Source: a virus | Lineage: Duplodnaviria; Caudoviricetes | Virus record (IMG/VR): IMGVR_UViG_3300029288_004944 | Coordinates: 32,001 to 96,000 of that record | DNA: 64,000 nucleotides | Direction: 5' to 3' (one strand) | Shown here: positions 48,719 to 59,080 of the stretch, piece after piece | Position numbering within the stretch: the stretch's first letter is position 1 | Layout: each line of letters begins with the position of its first letter | Notes under the pieces: generated by a model | The model's database searches: none | What the model was told of the DNA's origin: nothing | What the model saw: the letters and a program-made list of their open reading frames with translations, nothing else | Position numbers and translations under genes: made by a program

Positions 48719-49611
48719 TGCCTCAAAAACTCCTCTTCGTCTTCTTTTGTTATCCCCGTATCTAATGTAGCCGATGGAATATTTTTTCTATCAAGTAATC
48801 TATCCTGAGCCTCAAACCATTCTCTTGGCTCATCTTTTAATATATGTACTTCGCCATCTTGTTCCCATTCCAATACACCCGATATCTGATCATATAATTT
48901 TCTCGGATAAAGGCAAAAAATTCTCTTAACCATTAAACATTGTTTCTTGTACTTTTGCGACGCTTCCTTGCCTTCCGGTAAATCATATACCTTTTCCATG
49001 ATCTGGGAAGGATCTACTGCCGTAATATACCCTAAATTCCTAATATTGCCATAATAATTACTATCTGTTTGACCATAAACATTATTTTCATAATATCCTA
49101 TCTTTTCTATAATCTCAGATTTCATTAATTGACATTCATCATTAAAATCAAATAATCCCCAACTATCAGTATCCTTTTCTCCCAAATACTTAACACCAAA
49201 TTTTTCAGTGGCAGGTGTTCCCCAATGTCTATCATCAGGTGAAATAATAGCAGAATGAGGCACTACTGAAAGTATTTTAATAAATCTTTCAATCCAATTA
49301 TTACAAACAAGCGTATCATCATGAACTAACCCCAAATATTTAACCTGATCTTTAAACGTTCTCATAAAAAGATTCTGAGGCCGAAAAAGACCATAATTTT
49401 TCTTAAAATACCAAACTCTTAGATCAATATTATGATGATTAAAATTATTAGTCTTTTCTAAATCTTTCAACCATTCTTTTGTACCATCAGTTGAGCCATT
49501 ATCAACAATCACAAGTATATGAGGATTCCTCGTATACTCATAATAATATTTTAAACATATCTTTAAATAATCAAGTCTATTCCACGTTGGGATTAAAACT
49601 GCTGTGTCCAT
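48706..49611 (-). CDS. GT2-like glycosyltransferase (family A, divergent)
   Basis: WNRLDY; DNGSTDG; HDDT. Confidence 0.75.
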   Translation of the reverse strand: MDTAVLIPTWNRLDYLKICLKYYYEYTRNPHILVIVDNGSTDGTKEWLKDLEKTNNFNHHNIDLRVWYFKKNYGLFRPQNLFMRTFKDQVKYLGLVHDDTLVCNNWIERFIKILSVVPHSAIISPDDRHWGTPATEKFGVKYLGEKDTDSWGLFDFNDECQLMKSEIIEKIGYYENNVYGQTDSNYYGNIRNLGYITAVDPSQIMEKVYDLPEGKEASQKYKKQCLMVKRIFCLYPRKLYDQISGVLEWEQDGEVHILKDEPREWFEAQDRLLDRKNIPSATLDTGITKEDEEEFLRQWQK

Positions 49612-50427
49612 TTATTTATCTCCCAAATTATCAATAAAATTCCATTTTGCCCTATAATATCCCCATCCCACACTTGAAACTTGCGAACAAAATCTTTCAA
49701 AATCTGCATTAGGAGATGTTTTATTATTTGTACCTAAAATTGCAGGATACTTTCTGCCAAAAGGCTTTCTCAGTTTTTCCATAGCAGGATTATTTAAAAT
49801 TTTTCTATTATCAAATCCGGACCATATAATAGATCTGCGATAATCATCATCGGCAGGAATAAAAAACATATTCTCATCCATCATCCCCTTGCCACACCTA
49901 CAATATTGTTCCAACTTTAACATATTGCTATCATTAAAATTCTGCATATACTCACTCAATAAAAAATATCTTTCTTTAATCTCATTCACAATATCTTTTG
50001 TAAAAAATGTTTCATAGAACAACCCTAAACTCAAATCATTACAAACAGCATCGACACAATCAGGGTCTATAACCCTATCACTTTCAATAAACAAATAAAC
50101 ATCAGTAGATGCATTACAAATACCGTCATTAAAACCACCAGAATACCCTGTATTTTTTAAATTACGTACAATTCTAACCCTCTCATCATTATTTACAATC
50201 TTTTCAATCGCACTCATTGTGTCCTTAGGACATTCATTATCAATAAGAATTAACTCAAAATTATGTTGCGTGTTCAAAAAAGACTTAACCACTTGTTCGG
50301 CCTCAGATGGAATATTGTTGCTTGGACAAAATGCCGAAATAATAGAAACTTTACCTTTAACCAATTCCCTTGCTTTATCGACAATCTCTTCTTTCCTTTT
50401 TTCAGAAATAGTTTCTATCCTATTCAT
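49612..50427 (-). CDS. GT2-like glycosyltransferase (family B)
   Basis: ELILIDN; ESDR; DDDY; YYRAKW. Confidence 0.65.
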   Translation of the reverse strand: MNRIETISEKRKEEIVDKARELVKGKVSIISAFCPSNNIPSEAEQVVKSFLNTQHNFELILIDNECPKDTMSAIEKIVNNDERVRIVRNLKNTGYSGGFNDGICNASTDVYLFIESDRVIDPDCVDAVCNDLSLGLFYETFFTKDIVNEIKERYFLLSEYMQNFNDSNMLKLEQYCRCGKGMMDENMFFIPADDDYRRSIIWSGFDNRKILNNPAMEKLRKPFGRKYPAILGTNNKTSPNADFERFCSQVSSVGWGYYRAKWNFIDNLGDK

Positions 50428-50932
50428 TATTACCTCGTATCAATGACATTATGATATAATCCCAATATTTACCTTTTCTAAAAATTGCCTGTTTATATTT
50501 ACCCTCTTTTTTAAATCCCACGTTATCATAAATCTTTATAGCCTTTTTATTATACTCTAAAACACAAAGCCATAATCTATGCATATTTAAAAAATTAAAA
50601 CAATAATCTACAACCATTTTCATAGTCTCAGTTCCAAAACCCTGCCCTCTATGCTCAGGCGATATGTCGCATCCCACTCTCATACTTCTATTTATATAAT
50701 CTATCTCATCCATTCTAATAACTCCAATTCTTTTAGAATCATCGTAAACTATAAAATATTTTTTATTTTTAGAATTAACTAAATCACTATACCATTCTCT
50801 TTGCTTTTCCGATGAAATCATACCTATATATGTTAAATTCATCCATGTAGATTCATCATTTCTAAGAGATCTTAAAAATTCAAGATCGGTAAATTCCAAT
50901 GACCTCATCTTTATATTTTTAAAAGTATACAT
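50420..50932 (-). CDS. GNAT N-acetyltransferase (PseH/RimJ-like)
   Basis: HRGQGFG; N..AI..Y..VGF..EG. Confidence 0.85.
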   Translation of the reverse strand: MYTFKNIKMRSLEFTDLEFLRSLRNDESTWMNLTYIGMISSEKQREWYSDLVNSKNKKYFIVYDDSKRIGVIRMDEIDYINRSMRVGCDISPEHRGQGFGTETMKMVVDYCFNFLNMHRLWLCVLEYNKKAIKIYDNVGFKKEGKYKQAIFRKGKYWDYIIMSLIRGNNE

Positions 50933-52050
50933 TATATTTCCTTCATAGTAGAATTTATTGCTTCCATAATAAAATCTCTGTCAATTTGATTAATCCACCA
51001 TCCTGTTGGTATAGCACATTGTTTATAATAAAATTCTGTCGCTCCCGAAACATCTTTTGGTAAGTTCTTAAAGACCGTTAATTCAGTATTCAGCCTATGA
51101 ACTTTTGAACACATTACACCCTTTTGATTTAATTTATCAAGGAAATTATCTCTTTTATCCTTTCCACCATCTATAAATATCGTATAAAACCAATAATTTG
51201 GGTTAGACCTCGGATCAATACGTCTCAAAGAAATACCTTTTACATTCTTTAATTCCTGATTAAAAAATTCTACATTATTCTTGGTAGTTGTAATTAAATT
51301 ATCTATCCATTTAAGATTTTCAATTCCTATTGTAGCAGCCACATCGTTTAAGTGATATTTATATCCTGATTCTATCACATCATCATCACAACGAGCATCC
51401 TTACCTTTTGAATTATTTCGAGGCAATCCATACCATCTTAATAACTTGCCTTTTTCATAATCCTCTTTATTACGACAAACTAAACACCCTCCGTCCCCTG
51501 TATTGATATATTTAATCGCTTGAAAGGAGAAACAAGTAAAATCAGAAAAATTACCCACCTGTTTCTGATCATATAAAGATCCTAACGCTTGGCAAGCATC
51601 CTCTATCACAGGAATACCATATTTTTTACCTATCTTATTGAGGAATTCAAGATAATAGGGCACTCCACCATAATGAACTGTAATAATAGCCTTTGTTTTA
51701 GATGTAATCCTTTTTTCTACACTTTCAAGATTTATATTTCCGGTGTCCGACTCACAATCAGCCCAAACAGGAATTGCTCCTGCCTCTAAAATAGGACTAT
51801 TGGTTGCAAAACAAGTCATAGGATTTGAAATTACTTCATCACCATAACTAACACCTGCCAATCTTAGAGCAAGACGTATTGCAGAAGTTCCTGAATTAAC
51901 AGTTAAGACATTTTCACACCCAATATATTTTTTTAAATCTTCTTCAAAATCTTTAACCCGAGGACCTTCACCTAAAAATCCACTTCTCATTGTCTCTTCA
52001 ATCGGTTTCATTATATTTGGGGCTGTAAATACTTTAAATAATGGCAACAT
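50932..52050 (-). CDS. DegT/DnrJ/EryC1/StrS PLP aminotransferase
   Basis: NSGTSA; VHYGG; EDACQA; SFQAIK..TGDGG. Confidence 0.9.
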   Translation of the reverse strand: MLPLFKVFTAPNIMKPIEETMRSGFLGEGPRVKDFEEDLKKYIGCENVLTVNSGTSAIRLALRLAGVSYGDEVISNPMTCFATNSPILEAGAIPVWADCESDTGNINLESVEKRITSKTKAIITVHYGGVPYYLEFLNKIGKKYGIPVIEDACQALGSLYDQKQVGNFSDFTCFSFQAIKYINTGDGGCLVCRNKEDYEKGKLLRWYGLPRNNSKGKDARCDDDVIESGYKYHLNDVAATIGIENLKWIDNLITTTKNNVEFFNQELKNVKGISLRRIDPRSNPNYWFYTIFIDGGKDKRDNFLDKLNQKGVMCSKVHRLNTELTVFKNLPKDVSGATEFYYKQCAIPTGWWINQIDRDFIMEAINSTMKEI

Positions 52051-52061
52051 TTTTCCTCCAA

Positions 52062-52919
52062 TTATCTTTTTTCATAAATAAAACATCTTCTTTTGTCCAT
52101 CCAATCCAAACTCTTCTCCATTTCTTTTACAGGTATAACTTTACCACTACTCCATAAATTAAACTTTTCTTCCCAAAATTTTCTTGTAGCAAATGTGATA
52201 TGGGTTTCATCTCTCATATCACTGCTAAATTCATAATCATTGGCAAATATGCTGAAATTAAGCCAAATAGTAAAATATAAATACTTCTTACTCACTCTTA
52301 GCATTTCTTTAAATCCTGCCTCAGCCTGACTTAATGTTATGTGCTCAAATAATTCTCTTCCAATAACCATGTCAAATTCATTATCTTTAAATGGCAAAGA
52401 AACAACATCTGCCACAGAAACATACTCCCTCACTTGCTCAACACAATTTTTTATTCCATACTCACTATAATCTACCCCAACAGCATCCACACCTAAGTCA
52501 CGCAAAAAATGAACTAAAAATCCCTGACCACAACCAACATCTAATATTCTTTTATTTTCTCCCACAATATTCTTTATAATAGTAGGATGCCTACCCTCCG
52601 TTATCTGTTTTGCTTCTAATGTATTATTAAATGGCCACCACTTATAATCATTAAACCATTTCTCATCATACTTAGATGAATCAGTGGGATTTTGATTGGC
52701 AGGATAAAAACCAAAATCTATGTGGCTTGACATAAAACATTTCCAACACTTTTTAAAAAAACACTTATCACATATGGTTGTTAGTTTCTGCATTGGATTA
52801 TCGTTTGAGTTATCTTTTTTAAGCATTTTTCTTACCCTCATTTTGTTTTCTCCATTCATTTTGAAATTCCTGATTTGGAGGCAAACTATCCCATGGCTCC
52901 CATTGTCCCTTCCAATCAA
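52062..52919 (-). CDS. Class I SAM-dependent methyltransferase (start uncertain)
   Basis: ILDVGCGQG; LPFKDNEFD; FEHI. Confidence 0.8.
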   Translation of the reverse strand: MIGRDNGSHGIVCLQIRNFKMNGENKMRVRKMLKKDNSNDNPMQKLTTICDKCFFKKCWKCFMSSHIDFGFYPANQNPTDSSKYDEKWFNDYKWWPFNNTLEAKQITEGRHPTIIKNIVGENKRILDVGCGQGFLVHFLRDLGVDAVGVDYSEYGIKNCVEQVREYVSVADVVSLPFKDNEFDMVIGRELFEHITLSQAEAGFKEMLRVSKKYLYFTIWLNFSIFANDYEFSSDMRDETHITFATRKFWEEKFNLWSSGKVIPVKEMEKSLDWMDKRRCFIYEKR

Positions 52920-53739
52920 AAAAATCTAACAGGATCTCCCATTTTAATCTAAAATAATTAAAAGCATCGTGTGTTAGGATCTTGCGAGAATCAATAAAAT
53001 TAGATCCCATAGAAGCATTCTTATGTTCAACTTCAACACCTTCTGCAATTGCTATTCTATAACCAACCAATCTACATAGTAAACTCAATTCAAAATCCTC
53101 TGTACCATAAAAATACCCCGGATCCCAAAACATACCCGGGGTTATAATGTGTCTCTCAAAATCGGCCAAATGCCTTAATTTCTCAGGATTAGCCGTAATT
53201 GATCTCATAACTGCTATCTTGTGTGTTAATTCCTCTTTACGACCGGCAAAATACTCAGAAACACGATTTATAACCTTTCTATGAACATATTGACACCACC
53301 CCATCATAATATCCACTTCTTTATAATTCGTGCGTTGTACCCTATAAGACTGCCCTGCATTGCCCATTGCACAGACCATCCCAACCTCAGGATACTCTAC
53401 ACTATATCTCAACATCTTAGATGTCCAATCATCTGTCTTAATAACCACATCAGAATCTAATCTAAATATATAATCCGTAGTACAAGCCAATAAACCCTGA
53501 TGATTTGCCACATTAACACCTAAATTCTCTTTATTTATAATCCGCTTCCTATCAATACCCAAACTATTGTCCTGCAACCGCCACTTATCTAAATATAACG
53601 AAATTTCAGGAGAAGCACCATTATCTATAATAATAAATTCATAAGGTGGTAAGGTATGACTCTCAACACTCTCTACAAATTCTTTAAAACCTTGTATGTC
53701 CAATGTTTTACAAACAGCAGCAAAAACAGATACTTTCAT
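52819..53739 (-). CDS. GT2-like glycosyltransferase (family B)
   Basis: IIDNGA; LDSDV; EDFE; YFRLKW. Confidence 0.75.
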   Translation of the reverse strand: MKVSVFAAVCKTLDIQGFKEFVESVESHTLPPYEFIIIDNGASPEISLYLDKWRLQDNSLGIDRKRIINKENLGVNVANHQGLLACTTDYIFRLDSDVVIKTDDWTSKMLRYSVEYPEVGMVCAMGNAGQSYRVQRTNYKEVDIMMGWCQYVHRKVINRVSEYFAGRKEELTHKIAVMRSITANPEKLRHLADFERHIITPGMFWDPGYFYGTEDFELSLLCRLVGYRIAIAEGVEVEHKNASMGSNFIDSRKILTHDAFNYFRLKWEILLDFFDWKGQWEPWDSLPPNQEFQNEWRKQNEGKKNA

Positions 53740-54203
53740 TTTGTTACCTCTATGTCTATGCCAAAATCTTTTTCAACACATTTCATAACTTTAAATCCTA
53801 CCTCTTCCAAAGATTCTGAAATCTTTTTAGCATCAAAACCCTGCTTATGAAATTGACCTTCATCCTGTTGCCCACCAAAAATAGACATAACTTTTTGACT
53901 ATCCCATTCACCCAACTCACGTTTTCTTATAAACTCTTTCGCACAAGCAAAAAAATCCGGAATTTTGATCCATAAATATCCACCATACTTAAGCACTCTA
54001 TACCAATCTTTCCGAATTACATCCCACTCACGACGACTAAAATGCTCTACAATATTAAGAGCCTGCATCCAATCAACTGAATTATCAGGAAAAGGCAACG
54101 GCAATCTCAAATCATGTTTAAGATCTGCCTTGGAATTATACAAGTCTACATTGACGCCATCTTTCAATAAATCTTCCCCACAACCAAGATTAATTCGGCT
54201 CAT
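53736..54203 (-). CDS. Methyltransferase type 11
   Basis: INLGCG; LPFPDNSVD; WYRVLKYGG. Confidence 0.8.
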   Translation of the reverse strand: MSRINLGCGEDLLKDGVNVDLYNSKADLKHDLRLPLPFPDNSVDWMQALNIVEHFSRREWDVIRKDWYRVLKYGGYLWIKIPDFFACAKEFIRKRELGEWDSQKVMSIFGGQQDEGQFHKQGFDAKKISESLEEVGFKVMKCVEKDFGIDIEVTK

Positions 54204-54216
54204 CCTTTCCCCTTAT

Positions 54217-54474
54217 TCATACTTTCCACATTGTAATGTTCATAACAGGTACACGTATAACCTCAATCTTATTCTCTTCCGTATTTTCTTGTCCTTCTAT
54301 TGTACGGTTTTCTTTAAAAACTAATCCGAATTCATCTATATCAGATAATGTTAAATTACAAAAAGGTCCAGCATCTTTAACCACTATAGCACGTATAGCC
54401 TCAGATTTACCAATATAGTTCCTAAAAAAATCCTCACGTTTCTTTTTTTCTAAATAATATTCTTTATCATACAT
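54217..54474 (-). CDS. Hypothetical protein (possible Sm/Hfq-like beta fold)
   Basis: Short helix then beta strands (L..IDEFGLV...V.RVP..NI). Confidence 0.5.
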   Translation of the reverse strand: MYDKEYYLEKKKREDFFRNYIGKSEAIRAIVVKDAGPFCNLTLSDIDEFGLVFKENRTIEGQENTEENKIEVIRVPVMNITMWKV

Positions 54475-54476
54475 TT

Positions 54477-54851
54477 CTATACTCCACTATGATATTTTTT
54501 AACAGACAAATAAGGTAAAACATACTTTTTATAAGCCTTCACCACTTTTATATCTTCTTTATATTGCTCTTTTGCTTCATTTAGTGCATTTTTATACTCT
54601 TCTTTGTATGTCTTTAACAACCTTTCCGCATTGATACAGTATAGTCTGTAATGAAACTCATTGGAAGAAAGAGGTCTAACAGGCTCATACAAAGTACTAT
54701 CTAACTCGCCCCTAAAATCTCTATAACATCTTTCTGCATTACCAACTATTCTATCACATCTCTTAATAATGGGCTTCATTGCTTTTTCGTGGGCTTCGTC
54801 TGCTAATTCTATTATCTTTACAAACTTTTTAAATTCTTCCATTCTTCTCAT
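54477..54851 (-). CDS. Hypothetical helical protein
   Basis: AAGGA RBS; 124 aa. Confidence 0.6.
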   Translation of the reverse strand: MRRMEEFKKFVKIIELADEAHEKAMKPIIKRCDRIVGNAERCYRDFRGELDSTLYEPVRPLSSNEFHYRLYCINAERLLKTYKEEYKNALNEAKEQYKEDIKVVKAYKKYVLPYLSVKKYHSGV

Positions 54852-54870
54852 TGTTTATCCTTTTATCACC

Positions 54871-55041
54871 CTATTTCTTTATCCATACAGGATAACCATT
54901 ACCCGCCAACATTCCTTGCTCATATCCCAATTCAGCCATTCTTAAACATTTTTGTTTATCAACTATGATACCAAAACATATTCCAAATACTATACCAATA
55001 ATAATCAAATAAACAGCAATCATTTCTTTTAAATCGAACAT
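54871..55041 (-). CDS. Small single-TM protein (56 aa, not in ORF track)
   Basis: Hand translation MFDLKEMIAVYLIIIGIVFGICFGIIVDK...; AGGGGG RBS. Confidence 0.6.
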   Translation of the reverse strand: MFDLKEMIAVYLIIIGIVFGICFGIIVDKQKCLRMAELGYEQGMLAGNGYPVWIKK

Positions 55042-55053
55042 AACATCCCCCTT

Positions 55054-56055
55054 TTATTTTAACCCCAATTTCGTTCTTATCTTTGCCTCAATTTCTTTGC
55101 ATATATCTTTATTCTCTTTTAAATATGCTCTTGCATTTTCTTGTCCTTGTCCGATCTTTTGCCCATTATATGCAAGCCATGATCCACTCTTTTCTATTAT
55201 ACCCTGCTCTGTCCCTAAATCCAAAATACAACCCTCTTTTGATATGCCCTGCCCATAAATAATATCGAATTCCGCTTTTCTGAAAGGGGGAGCAACTTTA
55301 TTTTTCTTTACTGTCATTTTAACCCTATTACCTATTTCAATATCTCCATTTTTAATTGCTTCCACTCTTCTAATATCCAATCTTACCGATGCATAGAACT
55401 TTAAAGCCCTGCCACCGGGAGTTACTTCCGGATTACCAAACATCATACCGACTTTCTCTCTTAATTGATTAATAAATATCATACAAGTTTTTGTTTTACT
55501 TATAGAAGATGTTAATTTTCTCAAAGCCTGAGACATCAACCTTGCCTGCAAGGCCATCTGTTGATCACCCATTTCTCCTTCAATTTCTGCCCTTGGCACA
55601 AGTGCTGCAACCGAATCTAATACTACAACATCTACGGCTCCGCTATTTACAAGAGTCTCTACAATTTCCAATGCCTGTTCGGCGGAATCGGGCTGAGAAA
55701 CAAGGAGATCATCGATATTAACTCCAAGTTTTTGGGCATAGGAGGGGTCAAGGGCGTGTTCTACATCTATAAATGCCACAGAGCCTCCCAACTTTTGAGC
55801 CTCAGCAATAATATGCAAAGTTAGTGTCGTCTTGCCTGAAGCATCGGGACCAAATATCTCTACAACCCTGCCACGTGGAACACCACCAATACCAAGAGCC
55901 ACATCGAGCGTTAATGCTCCCGTAGGAATTGCCTCTACGTGTGCCACACGATTATCACCCAACTTCATTATTGAACCTTTTCCAAACTGTTTCTCTATCT
56001 CGGCAATCGCAATATCTAATACCTTACTCTTACCACCATCTTTTTCTTCTGTCAT
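55054..56055 (-). CDS. recA: Recombinase RecA (bacterial type)
   Basis: [11 protein letters not shown]; GPDASGKTT; DSVAAL; [12 protein letters not shown]; [13 protein letters not shown]; KNKVAPPF; start re-called at MTEEKD. Confidence 0.97.
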   Translation of the reverse strand: MTEEKDGGKSKVLDIAIAEIEKQFGKGSIMKLGDNRVAHVEAIPTGALTLDVALGIGGVPRGRVVEIFGPDASGKTTLTLHIIAEAQKLGGSVAFIDVEHALDPSYAQKLGVNIDDLLVSQPDSAEQALEIVETLVNSGAVDVVVLDSVAALVPRAEIEGEMGDQQMALQARLMSQALRKLTSSISKTKTCMIFINQLREKVGMMFGNPEVTPGGRALKFYASVRLDIRRVEAIKNGDIEIGNRVKMTVKKNKVAPPFRKAEFDIIYGQGISKEGCILDLGTEQGIIEKSGSWLAYNGQKIGQGQENARAYLKENKDICKEIEAKIRTKLGLK

Positions 56056-56247
56056 ATAATTTATTCCCCCTTTATCTCGTTCTATATCTCGGAAACCATC
56101 TCCTACCAATAAACTCTTGATAATGACAATGCTTACAAACTTTATAACAATTTAAAGCACACTTCTTTCCATCTAATATTATTGGTTCATTACAATATAT
56201 CCAATAGTGATTACAATGGAAGTTTCCCCCTTTTATATTTTTTCATT

Positions 56248-57135
56248 TTACCTCCTCGTTAAAAAACATATTATTATTGTCATTAAACCAACAATTATAA
56301 ACCAAATTAAATGATTCTTTTCTTTAAACCACTCGATAATATTATTCCACATATTTAAAAACCAATTAGATTTTATATTCTTAGACTTGGTATCCACAAG
56401 ATTCCACATATCATAAGCATATAAAGATATATAGTCATAACTAAGATAACAATATCCTTTATCACCAAATGAAGTTCCCCAACTATTCTTTACTTTAAAT
56501 AAATTTTTACTATCATCATACCCAACCACTGTCAAAGCATGCCCCCCAACACAACCTTCTTTTGAAGTATCGGGTAATGGAACAAGACCATCACTATTTG
56601 TATTAAAAAAACTATCATAAAGAGCCACAGCAATAAAAGCAGGTCCGTGTTCATATATGGATTGCTTTAACTCATCCACATTATTTATTCTCGCATATGC
56701 ACTTATTCTATAATTATATGCTTCATCTTTTAATATTTTTATCTTTTCTTGTGTTATCCTTGAAGCATTACTTAAACTATATGGCAAACTTAATTCCAAA
56801 CAATCTCCATTACTAACAAGAAAATCCATTGCATCCCTTGGGTACATTCCGTCAATACCAAGATCAGGCCTTTGAAGATATATCCAATCAGGCGAAAAAA
56901 TCAAATTTTCCTTAATATCAATCTTCTCTTCATATTCTTTAATTGCGGACAGTGCAAATGCTACACAAGATCCTTTTTGCCCCTGATCTCTTACTGACTG
57001 CATTTGAGATGTATAATCTATCAATGATGGAATTTGCAAAATATCTTTAACAAAATAATCTGCTATCTTGTAATCTCTATTATCTATTTTGTCTTTTAAA
57101 GCACCTAATGAATATTTATTTTTTTTCTCCAACAT
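56248..57135 (-). CDS. Papain-like C1A cysteine peptidase with C-terminal TM anchor
   Basis: DQGQKGSCVAF; GGHALTVVGYD; KNSWG; hydrophobic tail. Confidence 0.9.
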   Translation of the reverse strand: MLEKKNKYSLGALKDKIDNRDYKIADYFVKDILQIPSLIDYTSQMQSVRDQGQKGSCVAFALSAIKEYEEKIDIKENLIFSPDWIYLQRPDLGIDGMYPRDAMDFLVSNGDCLELSLPYSLSNASRITQEKIKILKDEAYNYRISAYARINNVDELKQSIYEHGPAFIAVALYDSFFNTNSDGLVPLPDTSKEGCVGGHALTVVGYDDSKNLFKVKNSWGTSFGDKGYCYLSYDYISLYAYDMWNLVDTKSKNIKSNWFLNMWNNIIEWFKEKNHLIWFIIVGLMTIIICFLTRR

Positions 57136-57484
57136 TATTTACTCCTCTTTTTTCATTTACTTCAAATATTATTTCTCTTTCTTTATCATATTTACACCAA
57201 TCTTCACAAACAGAGGAATTTAAATAAAGATTTATTTCTGGAAATTTATCCCACAATGCTTTCTCTACTAAAATTTCTCTATCTGAAATTTTTGTACTAA
57301 ATACAGCATCATAATCCTCTTCATTTGTAAGTACCTCAATATATACATCAAGGTTATTACTCTGCATAATAATACAATTTAGCAAGGGAAGATCTTTAAA
57401 TTGATTTATTACAAGATTTTTAATTTCTTCTTTTACGCCTTCCAACCTTTCAAGACATTCTTTACAAAGAATACCCATATTCAC
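57116..57484 (-). CDS. Hypothetical protein
   Basis: 122-aa ORF overlapping the downstream start. Confidence 0.55.
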   Translation of the reverse strand: MNMGILCKECLERLEGVKEEIKNLVINQFKDLPLLNCIIMQSNNLDVYIEVLTNEEDYDAVFSTKISDREILVEKALWDKFPEINLYLNSSVCEDWCKYDKEREIIFEVNEKRGVNNVGEKK

Positions 57485-57485
57485 C

Positions 57486-57596
57486 TCATTTTTTATCTCT
57501 TATACTACCACATTTCCTACATTGCCACTTTAAACCTTTTTTAACCGTTTTCCATCTGTTATTTCCACAAGTACAAGGCTCATTTTTACTTTTCAT
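57486..57596 (-). CDS. 36-aa zinc-ribbon peptide (not in ORF track)
   Basis: MKSKNEPCTCGNNRWKTVKKGLKWQCRKCGSIRDKK; GGAGG RBS. Confidence 0.55.
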   Translation of the reverse strand: MKSKNEPCTCGNNRWKTVKKGLKWQCRKCGSIRDKK

Positions 57597-57609
57597 ACTA
57601 TCCTCCCCC

Positions 57610-58677
57610 TTATAAATATAACTCTCTCAATTTATTTTCATTCTTTTCTACCCACTCAATAATCTGATCATAACCTAAATCGATTCCAACACGTGGTTTC
57701 CATCCTGTATATTGTTCAATCTTCCTATTGTCTGAAATATATATGCAGTGATCGGCTTTCCTGTGTTGTGGCTCATATTCCACTTTTTTATTAATCCCAA
57801 ATTTATCTTTTAACAAATTTGTGGCTTCTATTAGTGATAACGTATTCTTTGCCCCTCCCCCCGCGTTAAATACCTGCCCTGCGCACTTATCTATATTTTG
57901 AATTTCCAAATCAACAAGATTACAAATATCATCAATAAATAACACATCTCTAACTTGTTTACCATTCCATCCAATATACTTTAATGGTAATTGCAACTGA
58001 AATGCTATCGCCCACCATGCAACCCATCCCTGATCCGATATGCCCCATTGCCTTGGGCCTGCAAGACAACTCCATCTATTAACAACCGTCTTTACTCCAA
58101 ACGCATCATAATACTCTTGACACATTAAATCAGACATAATCTTTGATAATCCATATATACTATGCTGCCCACCATCAACACTAAATTCATTTGAAAATCC
58201 ATAATCAGGATTAAATCCTGCCACAATATCTGACGTCATTGCTTCATCCCACACCCACCTTGTCGCCAATTCTTTTCTTGGGAAAGCATTGATCCTATCA
58301 CCTGAAAAGGTTTTATTAGTCGACCAAAATATTAAAGCACTTCCGTGCTTACGACAAAATTCCAACACATTCATAACCCCGGGAATAGTATTATTAGCAA
58401 GATCATACACCGGATTACCATATCCTAACGTTGCCGATGGTTGAGCAGAACACTCACAAATCACATCTATATTGTGAGGTAATTTATTAAAATCTTCCAT
58501 ACACCTAATATCCCCATGTATAAATGTAATATTACGCTTCTTAAAATCAGGCAAGTTAAATTCCCCACCTCTCCTCACTAAATTATCCATTACAATAACA
58601 TCATTGCCTTTTTCTTGAAAATAAGTCGCCAAATTTGCACCAACAAATCCTGCTCCACCGGTAATTAAAATTTTCAC
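57610..58677 (-). CDS. NAD-dependent epimerase, CDP-paratose 2-epimerase-like
   Basis: TGGAGFVG; STNK; YGLSK; DQGWVAWW; GKQVRDVL. Confidence 0.85.
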   Translation of the reverse strand: MKILITGGAGFVGANLATYFQEKGNDVIVMDNLVRRGGEFNLPDFKKRNITFIHGDIRCMEDFNKLPHNIDVICECSAQPSATLGYGNPVYDLANNTIPGVMNVLEFCRKHGSALIFWSTNKTFSGDRINAFPRKELATRWVWDEAMTSDIVAGFNPDYGFSNEFSVDGGQHSIYGLSKIMSDLMCQEYYDAFGVKTVVNRWSCLAGPRQWGISDQGWVAWWAIAFQLQLPLKYIGWNGKQVRDVLFIDDICNLVDLEIQNIDKCAGQVFNAGGGAKNTLSLIEATNLLKDKFGINKKVEYEPQHRKADHCIYISDNRKIEQYTGWKPRVGIDLGYDQIIEWVEKNENKLRELYL

Positions 58678-58883
58678 TCTAAGCCTCCTATTTTTATTTC
58701 TTCTAAAAATTCATGACAATTACCACAATACTTATATTTAATATCATTTGGATTATAACTTGTCATTCCACAAACATTGCAAGTTATACTATTACCATTG
58801 ATCCTATACAATAAACTATTATTCTTCATTATCAACTTTCTAAAACATCTAATAACAAAATCTTTTAATTTCCCACACTTCAT
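58674..58883 (-). CDS. Small zinc-ribbon protein
   Basis: ITCNVCGMTSYNPND...YCGNCH. Confidence 0.6.
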   Translation of the reverse strand: MKCGKLKDFVIRCFRKLIMKNNSLLYRINGNSITCNVCGMTSYNPNDIKYKYCGNCHEFLEEIKIGGLE

Positions 58884-59080
58884 TTTTTCTCCAATTCTTT
58901 CGGCTCATTTATCTTTCTTACTATTTCCATTAATTTATTAACCACATCAACTACATACTTTTCAGAAGCCTCTGTTTTTATTTTCAAGCCTGCTCTCAAT
59001 AAGGGATGCTTTACTTCAATATAATATTTATTATTCATTTTTTCTCCATATCCCCAGAAACAAAGGGTATTTCTTCCCAA
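58880..59080 (-). CDS. Small hypothetical protein (likely start 59038)
   Basis: ATGA coupling with neighbouring genes. Confidence 0.5.
   Translation of the reverse strand: MGRNTLCFWGYGEKMNNKYYIEVKHPLLRAGLKIKTEASEKYVVDVVNKLMEIVRKINEPKELEKK

Noticed and set aside
55871-55882. CCACGTGGAACA partial parS inside recA
   Set aside because: Only 12 contiguous bases match, and it is explained by the conserved RecA GVPRG motif.
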